NCBI GenBank assembly: GCA_965203855.1
Contig: CBDBDN010000008.1
Coordinates: 287,459-351,458, forward strand
Source of the DNA: Dehalococcoidia bacterium
Lineage (GTDB): Bacteria; Chloroflexota; Dehalococcoidia; Lucifugimonadales; UBA3495
DNA length: 64,000 nt
Direction: 5' to 3'
Shown: piece by piece, positions 17,101-25,116 of the stretch
Numbering within the stretch: position 1 is the first letter of the stretch
Layout of the letters: every line of letters begins with the position of its first letter
Translations under genes and position numbers: made by a program
Notes under the pieces: model-generated
Told to the model about the DNA's origin: nothing
The model's database searches: none
Seen by the model: only the letters and a program-made list of their open reading frames with translations

Positions 17101-17785
17101 CTGCCTCTGCGTGCAGGTCAAAAATCCGCCGCCGCACCTCAAACACAAACCCCGGCATTACATCCGCTCCGCTGAGCGTCTCCGGGTCGTCCAGAATCTC
17201 AGCCGGAACGCCGGGCCGGTAGATGTGAACCTGCCGCCGATACGGGTCAATCAGCCAGCCCAGCAGCGCCCCGTTGGCAATGTACTGCTCCATTTTGCGC
17301 TGCAACGGCGGCAGCGTGTCCGTCTCCGACACAATCTCAGCAACGAAAGTCGGGCAGACGGTGATGGCGCCCCCGGCGGATACCGGCGGCATCGCGGCCA
17401 CCTGCGCCGGGGAAAGCCACAGCGCATCGGGCCGGATCCGGGAACCATCGGGAAAACGCATATTGGCATTGGCGCCGGCCGCAAAGCCTCCGTTGGCTTC
17501 AGTGTAGTTAAACAGCGTTCCCGCCATCTGAAACTCGGCAGCCAGTCCGTCTAGATTCACCATAGGGCTAATCACCAATTCCCCTTTGTTAGTCAGTTCC
17601 AGGTTGAAACCCCGCTCCTCGTTGGCCTGATACAGGTCGGCCATCCACTGGTCAATCTCCGCGTCGCTGAGCTTGCCGGCAACGGATTTGAGGATGGGGC
17701 TGATGTTGACGCGCAACGGTTGCAGCAGTTCGCAATCGTCCACAGCCGCGGCGGCGTCTTGGGTAATGTTCACGGTGGCAGTCAT
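17093..17785 (-). CDS. Uma2 family (DUF820) endonuclease, paralog 1
   Basis: ELTNKGELVISPM, RIRPDALWL, PTFVAEIVSETD, KMEQYIANGALLGWLIDPYRRQVHIYRPG. Confidence 0.85.
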   Translation of the reverse strand: MTATVNITQDAAAAVDDCELLQPLRVNISPILKSVAGKLSDAEIDQWMADLYQANEERGFNLELTNKGELVISPMVNLDGLAAEFQMAGTLFNYTEANGGFAAGANANMRFPDGSRIRPDALWLSPAQVAAMPPVSAGGAITVCPTFVAEIVSETDTLPPLQRKMEQYIANGALLGWLIDPYRRQVHIYRPGVPAEILDDPETLSGADVMPGFVFEVRRRIFDLHAEAAE

Positions 17786-17808
17786 AGCATCCGTCCTTTT
17801 CGGTTCAT

Positions 17809-18492
17809 CTATTGCAAGTCAAAAATACGCTGGCGCACTGCGAATACGAAACCGGGCAGCACATCATCACCGCTGACGGTTTCCGGGTCGTCCAGAATCG
17901 TAGCCGGAACGCCGGGTCGGTAGATGTGAACCTGCCGCCGATACGGGTCAATCAGCCAGCCCAGCAGCGCCCCGTTGGCAATGTACTGCTCCATTTTGCG
18001 CTGCAACGGCGGCAGCGTGTCCGTCTCCGACACGATCTCGGCAACGAAAGCCGGGCAGACGGTGATGGCGCCCCCGGCGGATACCGGCGGCATCGCGGCC
18101 ACCTGCGCCGGGGAAAGCCACAGCGCATCGGGCCGGATCCGGGAACCATCGGGAAAACGCATATTGGCATTGGGGCCGTGCACTTCGCCGCCGATGTCAT
18201 CGGTTTCGTTCCAATTAAACAGGCCAACAAAGAGTCGGCCCTCGGCCATTCCGCCACCGCGATTTACCATAGGGCTAATCACCAATTCCCCTTTGTTGGT
18301 CAGTTCCAGGTTGAAACCCCGCTCCTCGTTAGCCTGATACAGGTCGGCCATCCACTGGTCAATCTCCGCATCGCTGAGCTTGCCGGCAACGGATTTGAGG
18401 ATGGGGCTGATGTTGACGCGCAACGGTTGCAGCAGTTCGCAATCGTCCGCAACCGCGGCGGCGTCTTGGGTGATGTTCACGGTGGCAGTCAT
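17809..18492 (-). CDS. Uma2 family (DUF820) endonuclease, paralog 2
   Basis: Near-identical to paralog 1 apart from a ~30-aa internal cassette and the C-terminal tail. A 23-nt spacer separates it from paralog 1. Confidence 0.85.
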   Translation of the reverse strand: MTATVNITQDAAAVADDCELLQPLRVNISPILKSVAGKLSDAEIDQWMADLYQANEERGFNLELTNKGELVISPMVNRGGGMAEGRLFVGLFNWNETDDIGGEVHGPNANMRFPDGSRIRPDALWLSPAQVAAMPPVSAGGAITVCPAFVAEIVSETDTLPPLQRKMEQYIANGALLGWLIDPYRRQVHIYRPGVPATILDDPETVSGDDVLPGFVFAVRQRIFDLQ

Positions 18493-18515
18493 AGCATCCG
18501 TCCCTTTCGGTTCAT

Positions 18516-19208
18516 CTATTGCAGGTCAAAAATCCGCCGCCGCACCGCGAATACGAAACCGGGCAGCACATCATCGCCGCTGACGGTTTCCGGGTCGTCC
18601 AAAATCTCAACCGGAGCACCAGGGCGGTAGATGTGAACCTGGCGCAGCAAAGGGTCAATCAGCCAGCCGAGTGCTACGCCGTTGTCCAGCCATTCCTCCA
18701 TTTTGGCCTGCTGGGATTCCAGCGTGTCGGAACGGGAGCGGATTTCGGCCACGAACCGGGGTGCGAAAGGCAGGGCGTGATGCCGCTGTCCGGGTGGAGG
18801 CAGTTCCGCCAGCTGCTCCGGCGCAATCCAGCCGGCGTCAGGAGCGCGGCGGCCCAGCCGGGATATACGCACTAACTCGTTGCCAATCGCTACTTTGCCG
18901 CCCGCGCCGGCGTCAGTCCAGGTTGCCAGGTCGTACTGCAAATTAAACTGGCGTTCCGCCCCGTCTCGGCTCTCTGATGCCATTGCAATCAATCTCCCGT
19001 TGCAGTCAATCTCAAACTGGCAGCCCAGCTGCGCGTTGTCGGCGGTGAAACGGAGGAACCAGTCATCCAGCGCATTATCAGAGAACAGAACCAGTAGAGA
19101 GCGAATGTCCAGCGTGAATTCCGGCGGCTCCGCCTTATCCAACGCAGGTTTGATTGCCGGGTCGAGGGCCGGCTGCCGGACGGGAAAGACTGCCGTTGAG
19201 GTGGTCAT
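18516..19208 (-). CDS. Uma2 family (DUF820) endonuclease, paralog 3
   Basis: RRAPDAGWIAPEQ, PRFVAEIRSRSD, KMEEWLDNGVALGWLIDPLLRQVHIYRPG. Confidence 0.85.
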   Translation of the reverse strand: MTTSTAVFPVRQPALDPAIKPALDKAEPPEFTLDIRSLLVLFSDNALDDWFLRFTADNAQLGCQFEIDCNGRLIAMASESRDGAERQFNLQYDLATWTDAGAGGKVAIGNELVRISRLGRRAPDAGWIAPEQLAELPPPGQRHHALPFAPRFVAEIRSRSDTLESQQAKMEEWLDNGVALGWLIDPLLRQVHIYRPGAPVEILDDPETVSGDDVLPGFVFAVRRRIFDLQ

Positions 19209-19237
19209 CGTGTGTCTCCTTACGCCGGTCCGGTGAA

Positions 19238-19996
19238 TTAGCGCAGGTCAAAAATCCGCCGCCGCACCTCAAACACAAACCCCGGCATTACATCCTCTCC
19301 GCTGACGGCCTCCGGGTCATCCAGCGTTTCAACCGGAACGCCGGGCCGGTAGATGTGAACCTGCCGCAGCAAAGGGTCAATCAGCCAGCCGAGGGCGACG
19401 CCGTTGTCCAGCCATTCCTCCATTTTGGCCTGCTGGGATTCCAGCGTGTCGGAACGGGAGCGGATTTCAGCCACAAAGCGGGGCGCAAAGGGTATGCCGT
19501 GATGCATCCAATCCGGCGGCAGCAATTCGTCATTAATCTGTTCCGGCGCTATCCAGCCGGCGTCCGGGGCGCGCCGCCCGCCGCCCGCAATTCTGACCAA
19601 TGCGTTGCCCGGCAACACCAGCCCGCCGGTTCCGGCATCCGACCAAGTACGCGCATCGTAGTACAAATTCCCCGCGGCGATCCGTCCTGAAAAACTTTCC
19701 GAAGCCATGGCAATCAAATTCCCTTCCCGGTCAATCTCAAACTGGCAGCCCAGATCAACGTTGTCCGCCGTGAACCGCAAGAACCAATCGTCCAAAGCGT
19801 CATTATCGCCCAGCAGATCCAAGACGGAATTGATGTCCAGGACGAAGCCGTTGGGCCGGCCAGTATCAGTAGCCGCGCCGTCGGCCATAGCGTCTGCTGC
19901 CGTCGGCTCCGGCATGACGGCCGGCGGCAAGTCGGCCCCGATGGCGACCGCCGAGGAACGAGAAACGGCAGCGGCGGCTTGCGTAGTCGTAGTCAT
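19238..19996 (-). CDS. Uma2 family (DUF820) endonuclease, paralog 4
   Basis: The C-terminal ~95 aa are near-identical to paralog 3. I prefer the start at MTTTTQ (19996), which matches the MT(A/T)T starts of the paralogs and avoids overlap with hemQ. The track start is 20038. Confidence 0.8.
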   Translation of the reverse strand: MTTTTQAAAAVSRSSAVAIGADLPPAVMPEPTAADAMADGAATDTGRPNGFVLDINSVLDLLGDNDALDDWFLRFTADNVDLGCQFEIDREGNLIAMASESFSGRIAAGNLYYDARTWSDAGTGGLVLPGNALVRIAGGGRRAPDAGWIAPEQINDELLPPDWMHHGIPFAPRFVAEIRSRSDTLESQQAKMEEWLDNGVALGWLIDPLLRQVHIYRPGVPVETLDDPEAVSGEDVMPGFVFEVRRRIFDLR

Positions 19997-20016
19997 CGCA
20001 GTCGTCGGCTCCTCAC

Positions 20017-20715
20017 TTATGCCGCATCGTCCAGGCATTCCCGCAGCGGGCGGTTGATGCAGGAGAAAATCGGCGTGTCTTGCAGGGTATAGGGGCGGGC
20101 TTTGGACTCCCGCAGCGCCATTACCAGGTCCAGGAAACCGCCGGGATCGTCCGTTTCAAATCCCAGTATGAACTCCGGGTCGTCCAGCCCGAAAGAGTAG
20201 GCGGTGGAGATTTTCACTTGCGGATACTGATGCCCGATGACGAAATGCTCGTTCATCATTTCCTGGCGGCGTTCCTGGGGCAGCTGATACCAGTCGTGGG
20301 TTTTCCAGAACGGGTACATAAAGAGGTAGCGGCGGCCGACGATGCGGAGCGACGCCGTGTCCCCCGCGCCGTCCTGCCCCTCGTGCCGGTGGTCATCAAT
20401 GTAAGGCGAGCGGCGGGTCATTCCCAGGTAAGAATGGGGGGTTTCCAGATAGCCGGCCAGCCGGGTGCGGTTCAGCTGCGCCGCCAGTTCGTTGATGGCC
20501 TCCAGCTCCGGGGATACGCCCCACAGCATAAAGTCGGCGTCGCCGCGGGTGCCGGCCAGCGTGTAGGTATTGAGGGCCAGGCGGTCGGCGTATTCGGCGG
20601 CAACGGCGGCGAACTCATCCTTGCCGGCGGCGCGGTCGGCGGCGGGCAAACGGCGCCATTCCGGCTGCACCTTGTAGAATGTATATTTGACGAAATCACG
20701 GCGCGGGTCTGCCAT
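20017..20715 (-). CDS. hemQ: Coproheme decarboxylase / chlorite dismutase family protein
   Basis: MADPRRDFVKYTFYKVQPEWRRL, DFMLWGVSPELEAINEL, YLFMYPFWKTHDWYQL. A minus-strand TGcTATGAT -10 near 20773-20781 supports the ATG at 20715 over 20772. Confidence 0.8.
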   Translation of the reverse strand: MADPRRDFVKYTFYKVQPEWRRLPAADRAAGKDEFAAVAAEYADRLALNTYTLAGTRGDADFMLWGVSPELEAINELAAQLNRTRLAGYLETPHSYLGMTRRSPYIDDHRHEGQDGAGDTASLRIVGRRYLFMYPFWKTHDWYQLPQERRQEMMNEHFVIGHQYPQVKISTAYSFGLDDPEFILGFETDDPGGFLDLVMALRESKARPYTLQDTPIFSCINRPLRECLDDAA

Positions 20716-20923
20716 CAGCAACCTCTCAAATCCGCCGGCTCTGATTGTGCCGGGGCGATGCGGATAGGCCAATCATAGCACAACGGCGCAACAGCGCTGA
20801 ATCTCTGCGACGAATCTCTGTGACCTTTCGGCCCGGCGTCAACCGCCCCGAATAGGTTACAATCTACCTGGGGAAAATCCCGATCCTGTTTATCCTGTGC
20901 ATCGGCGTAAAGAGAGGGTTCTG

Positions 20924-21631
20924 ATGGAAATTCGCATTGGCAGTCTGACGCGGGACGCCCGGGAAGCGCAGGGCGCCGCTCTGGTTATTGATGTGTTTCG
21001 CGCTTTTACTACCGCCGCCATCGCCTTTGACCGGGGGGCGGCGCGCATCACGCTGGTAGCCGAAGTTGACGAGGCGCTGGACCTCCGCCGCCGCAATCCC
21101 GCCATCGCCGACATTCTGATGGGCGAAGTGGACGGCAAACGGCCCGACGGGTTTGACTACGGCAATTCCCCCTACGAGGCGTCAACTGTGGACTTTGCGG
21201 GCAAAAGCGTAGTGCAGTCCACGCGAGCCGGCACGGTAGGCACGGCGGCGGCCGGCGCCGCCGGCTGCGACCCCATCTATGTAACTTCATTCGTAGTGGC
21301 CGGCGCTACCGTCCGCGCCTTGCACGCCGAAAACCCGCCGCCGGAACGCGTAACCATCCTGGCCATGGGCGATCAGGGCGTCAACCGCTCCGACGAGGAC
21401 GAACACTGCGCCCTGTACCTCCGCAACCGGCTGGAAGGCCGCAGCCCCGACCCGGAAGCCGTCCGCAAACTGATCATGGCCGGCGGCGCCACCCAAAAGT
21501 TCTTTGACGAAACCCAACCCCAATACCACCCCCGCGATGTATCCCTAGCCCTGGAAGTTGACCGCTACAACTTCGCAATGCGGGTAACGCGGGAGGACGG
21601 GGGGCTGCTGGTGGCGCAGAGGGTAGTGTGA
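20924..21631 (+). CDS. 2-phosphosulfolactate phosphatase (ComB) family protein
   Basis: ALVIDVFRAFTTAAIAF, GFDYGNSPYE, DEDEHCALYLRNRL. AGAGAGG lies upstream of the ATG at 20924, and TACAAT sits at 20858-20863. Confidence 0.7.
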   Translation: MEIRIGSLTRDAREAQGAALVIDVFRAFTTAAIAFDRGAARITLVAEVDEALDLRRRNPAIADILMGEVDGKRPDGFDYGNSPYEASTVDFAGKSVVQSTRAGTVGTAAAGAAGCDPIYVTSFVVAGATVRALHAENPPPERVTILAMGDQGVNRSDEDEHCALYLRNRLEGRSPDPEAVRKLIMAGGATQKFFDETQPQYHPRDVSLALEVDRYNFAMRVTREDGGLLVAQRVV

Positions 21632-21651
21632 ATCGGAGCACACCATTGGTA

Positions 21652-21930
21652 TTAGGCATTTCGCGACAGACGGTTCAACATCCCTCCAAGGACGCCGAAG
21701 CATTTCACACAGAACTTCGGATTGTTGTGGTATGCCTTTGCCATTTCACGGGCATCATTCATGTCATTGTGGAATCCCAAGTCCTTGTAATGGCGATCGG
21801 ACGGCAAGTCGTTGCAACTGGTGATCTGCTCGTCGTCGCTGGCCTTCGCAACCCCATAAGTAGGGTTGTAAGGGAGGTCCTCGTAGATATGGATTTTGCC
21901 CGAATCGGTATTCAGCGTATATTTCTGCAT
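21652..21930 (-). CDS. Hypothetical 92-aa protein, AT-richer, coupled to the upstream methylase gene
   Basis: The ORF starts 1 nt after the stop of the 997-aa gene. I recognise no motifs (MQKYTLNTDSGKIHIYEDLPYNPTYG...KFCVKCFG). Confidence 0.5.
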   Translation of the reverse strand: MQKYTLNTDSGKIHIYEDLPYNPTYGVAKASDDEQITSCNDLPSDRHYKDLGFHNDMNDAREMAKAYHNNPKFCVKCFGVLGGMLNRLSRNA

Positions 21931-21931
21931 C

Positions 21932-24925
21932 TTAATACTCCCTGATCCCCAACGCCCGCATAATCACACGGTTGCCCCCATGCACCGACGGCTCCCGGCA
22001 CCATTGCTGACGCAGAGCAGCGATTGCGGCGTTGGCCTGCTGATCTTCTCCTAACCCTACCATTGCTAGCGCAACTGCGTCAATCCGATGACGGTTAGCG
22101 TCCTGGAAAGCGTAGGATGCTGGTTGCAACTCCAATGCCGCCAGTTCGTCAATATGCTGTGCTGCGATGGCCCGCGCTTGCACTCCAGCGTCATTGTCTG
22201 CGGTAAAATCGGGGACGGGAAAGCCGTACAACCCGCGTATCTGCAAGCGTGCGCGGCCGCTTTGAGTGGTCTGAGAATAGCAGGTTCTGACCATCAACCC
22301 CAGCGTTGAATTGAGCCAGATTGCCAACGCCGATTTCGTTCCGTCGTCATCCGACAATAATGCCGTCCAGGTACTGCCGCCCATCATTAACTGTTCCGTG
22401 CGCGCCGCCGCCAATGCTTGCGAAGTCAAGCGTAGATTGCGGGATATGAACAGATTGCTGCGCTGCGCCAGCATTTGCCGCAGTCGTCCCTCATCAGCGA
22501 CCGCCGGATAGCCCTCGTGTGTGGGCAAGGTCAAAATGCTGCGCTGCGTTTCGGCTTGGGCAGACCACAATGACGGGTAAGTTGGCAGTTCCCGCGGCGC
22601 AATCGGGTCAAAAGTAAATGCCCCGATTGCTTCGCGGCCTCGTATATGGCCAATCAGATGATGGGTTGGGCCAATGCCAACTACCTGGTCCAGCGTAGTG
22701 GCCGGCAAACTGAAATCCCAACGCTCCCGGCTGGCGGGGAAATAAAGCCGCCCGTCCATCAGCTCGTCGGCAACTGCTGCCAGATTATGGTTCCGCATCC
22801 CGGCGGCGAACCAGGGGAACCCGGCTTGCGGAGTCCGTAAATGTACCCAGCTGCCAACCCGGTTTCTGAACCTGCTGGATATATGGATGGCATCTCCGTG
22901 CAGATTAGTATGGTCAATGTCATTAATGATATTGGCGTACCAATAAGACTGCGCCTCGGACGCTGGCGGAGTTTCCAAATTGACGCACAGGACACCATCC
23001 CGTCCGGCAGCGTCGCTTTCGGTTCGTTTGGCGGCAATCAGCAGCATTTCGTTCATATAGGTATCCGCCGACATCATTGCGCTTTCGTGGGCGGAAAATG
23101 CGATGATGGTTATATCCCGGTATTCGCTTTCAATAGTGCGCCGAAATCCCTCCCACGATTCGGCGTGCGCCGCCGTCAACGGCAGCACCGTCGCGAAAAT
23201 CCCGCCGTCATGCAGCTTGCGGTCGGCCAACGCCGCGAAATCAGCGCCCAAGCCGGCCTGCCCGTCAGTAATTTCGCTGCCGCCGGCGGCCCGCAAGCCG
23301 TTGCGGATATGCGTCAGCCGTTTCACGCTGCGCCGCCGCTGTTTGTCGTCAATACCGCTGACATCAAACAACGCCCGCTCGCCTCGAGCCCGTGAATAAG
23401 GCGGGTTTTGTATCACCAAGTCCATACTGTGATGCGGCACCGGGAGCATGGTCGGAGTTGACTGATTCGCCGTCGCCGTCTGCACCGTCTGCCCGGTTAC
23501 ATCGGTAATCTGCTCCTCCTCAATCAGTTCCAGCGACCCGGTTTTGCCGCCCAGCACGGCTACCGATGCGATGCGCGCCGTGTGGTACTCGGTGGCAATC
23601 TCGGCCGACGACAGGCCCGCCGCCGTCATATGCGACGCCAGGGCGTTGATGTCCAGCCCGGTGATTGACTGCTCCATCATTGTGCGGTGCAAGTTGGCGG
23701 AGCTGCCGCCGGCGGTTTCGTGGCGCTGCCGGATTTGACGATAGGCGGCGCGCAGCAGCGTTCCCGTGCCGCAGGCCAGGTCGGCAATCCGCAGGTTGGC
23801 GGCGGCCGCGGCATCCGACCAGTCGGGCAGATTGATGCGCGACACGGACAGGCGGGCCAACAGTTCCGCCGTTTCCGGCAGCGTGTAGTGGGCGGCGGTT
23901 TCCTCGCGGTCGTCCAGCAGTTTCGGAAAAAGTTCGCCGGCGAAGTCCACATGGTTGCCCAGCCGCAGCGCGGTAATGTTTTCCGCCATCTCGGACAACT
24001 GCTCCATAGCGCGGACGCCCGGCTCAATGGGCATCCGGTCGTCCAGCGCGGTGCGCGCCGTATTGAATATGGAACCGTAGTTGACGGCCAGGATTTTGTC
24101 CCATTCCCGCCGCAAAGCAGTGAGGGACAAGGCGCCCATATTGGCGGCGCGAATCTGGGCGATGGTCTGCAAGCCGGCATTTTGCAGCGATGGGGAATGC
24201 GCCGCCAGCAGGTTGTGCAGCCGCAGCGAAGTCAGCCAGATGCAGCAGGCCATCCGCAGCCCCTGCACATCGTCCCGCTGCCCCAGCGTGCGGGCAATGG
24301 CGCCGGCCACGCCGGGCGGCATACTGCGGTACAGGTAATCGGCCAGGCTGTGGATTTGCGCGGCGACGGCGTCGGCCATAGTGGACACCAGCAGAGGCGG
24401 CGCCGAGGCGTACTCGCACATTACGGCCAGGTCGTCAACGCTGCCGGTTACATCGCCGACTTCAGGCCACACGCTGGCATCCGCATCAGTTCCCGATGGA
24501 CCGGCGTAGAGGACGGCCAGACGCAGTTCAACGCCGTCGGGCTGCGCCAGCCGCTCCCGGAGCCGGTCGATTGACCAGCCTTTGACTTCCTCCGGCGCGC
24601 CTACGGCGATGGCGGCGCGCACCCGGTCGGTAGTGCCGGCAATCAGACGCCCCAGCTTGCGGCGGGCATCGTCAAAAGCCGGCTCGCCAAACTCAACCTC
24701 AATGATGACGGGATAGATGTCGGGCGGCGCCACCAGGATGTCGGGGCGTTCCAAGGCCGCGTCGGCCAGCATCCGCAGCCGCTCGGCAACGACGGAGTTA
24801 GGGTCGCCGCGCCAAAGCTGCCGCCGCTGACGCAAGGCGTCGGCCAACGCTTCATTAAAAGTCTGCTCATGCATCGCCCCGGCCGGAGCGGCAGACAAGC
24901 CGGGCAAGTCAGGCTGGGTAGTCAT
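21932..24925 (-). CDS. Gamma-class N6-adenine DNA methyltransferase, Type IIG/IIL-like single-chain R-M candidate
   Basis: 997 aa. Motif X HYTLPETAELLA, motif I ADLACGTGTLL, motif IV VIQNPPYSRARG. The N-terminus has a PD-(D/E)xK-like ERPDILVAPPDIYPVIIEVEFGE. The ~350-aa C-terminal region could be a TRD. The 3' part is visibly AT-richer. Confidence 0.7.
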   Translation of the reverse strand: MTTQPDLPGLSAAPAGAMHEQTFNEALADALRQRRQLWRGDPNSVVAERLRMLADAALERPDILVAPPDIYPVIIEVEFGEPAFDDARRKLGRLIAGTTDRVRAAIAVGAPEEVKGWSIDRLRERLAQPDGVELRLAVLYAGPSGTDADASVWPEVGDVTGSVDDLAVMCEYASAPPLLVSTMADAVAAQIHSLADYLYRSMPPGVAGAIARTLGQRDDVQGLRMACCIWLTSLRLHNLLAAHSPSLQNAGLQTIAQIRAANMGALSLTALRREWDKILAVNYGSIFNTARTALDDRMPIEPGVRAMEQLSEMAENITALRLGNHVDFAGELFPKLLDDREETAAHYTLPETAELLARLSVSRINLPDWSDAAAAANLRIADLACGTGTLLRAAYRQIRQRHETAGGSSANLHRTMMEQSITGLDINALASHMTAAGLSSAEIATEYHTARIASVAVLGGKTGSLELIEEEQITDVTGQTVQTATANQSTPTMLPVPHHSMDLVIQNPPYSRARGERALFDVSGIDDKQRRRSVKRLTHIRNGLRAAGGSEITDGQAGLGADFAALADRKLHDGGIFATVLPLTAAHAESWEGFRRTIESEYRDITIIAFSAHESAMMSADTYMNEMLLIAAKRTESDAAGRDGVLCVNLETPPASEAQSYWYANIINDIDHTNLHGDAIHISSRFRNRVGSWVHLRTPQAGFPWFAAGMRNHNLAAVADELMDGRLYFPASRERWDFSLPATTLDQVVGIGPTHHLIGHIRGREAIGAFTFDPIAPRELPTYPSLWSAQAETQRSILTLPTHEGYPAVADEGRLRQMLAQRSNLFISRNLRLTSQALAAARTEQLMMGGSTWTALLSDDDGTKSALAIWLNSTLGLMVRTCYSQTTQSGRARLQIRGLYGFPVPDFTADNDAGVQARAIAAQHIDELAALELQPASYAFQDANRHRIDAVALAMVGLGEDQQANAAIAALRQQWCREPSVHGGNRVIMRALGIREY

Positions 24926-25053
24926 AGCCGCCTTTATACCACACCGGCGGTTGGGGGGCGTAGGGCGCGGCGGTCACTATCTTGCTGGCAATTTGCCGCC
25001 TGGCCATCAGCGGAATACTAGTGCCGCGCACCATAAAAATGACAACCGGGGAA

Positions 25054-25082
25054 TTGCAAATCTCCAGTCCCTGCGCTACTAT
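25054..25082 (+). promoter_or_regulatory. Sigma70-like promoter of the GHKL-DUF3883 gene
   Basis: TTGCAA (25054-25059), a 17-nt spacer, then TACTAT (25077-25082). The predicted TSS lies downstream of the ATG at 25081, which supports the ATG at 25117 as the start. Confidence 0.5.
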
Positions 25083-25116
25083 GGCGCCCAATCAGCAGGA
25101 TACTGGCAAGGGCCTT

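Noticed and set aside
24982-25116. Upstream extension of the GHKL-DUF3883 ORF (track start 24982; alternative ATG at 25081).
   Set aside because: The TTGCAA-N17-TACTAT promoter lies inside this stretch, so transcription probably starts after 25081. The start remains uncertain.
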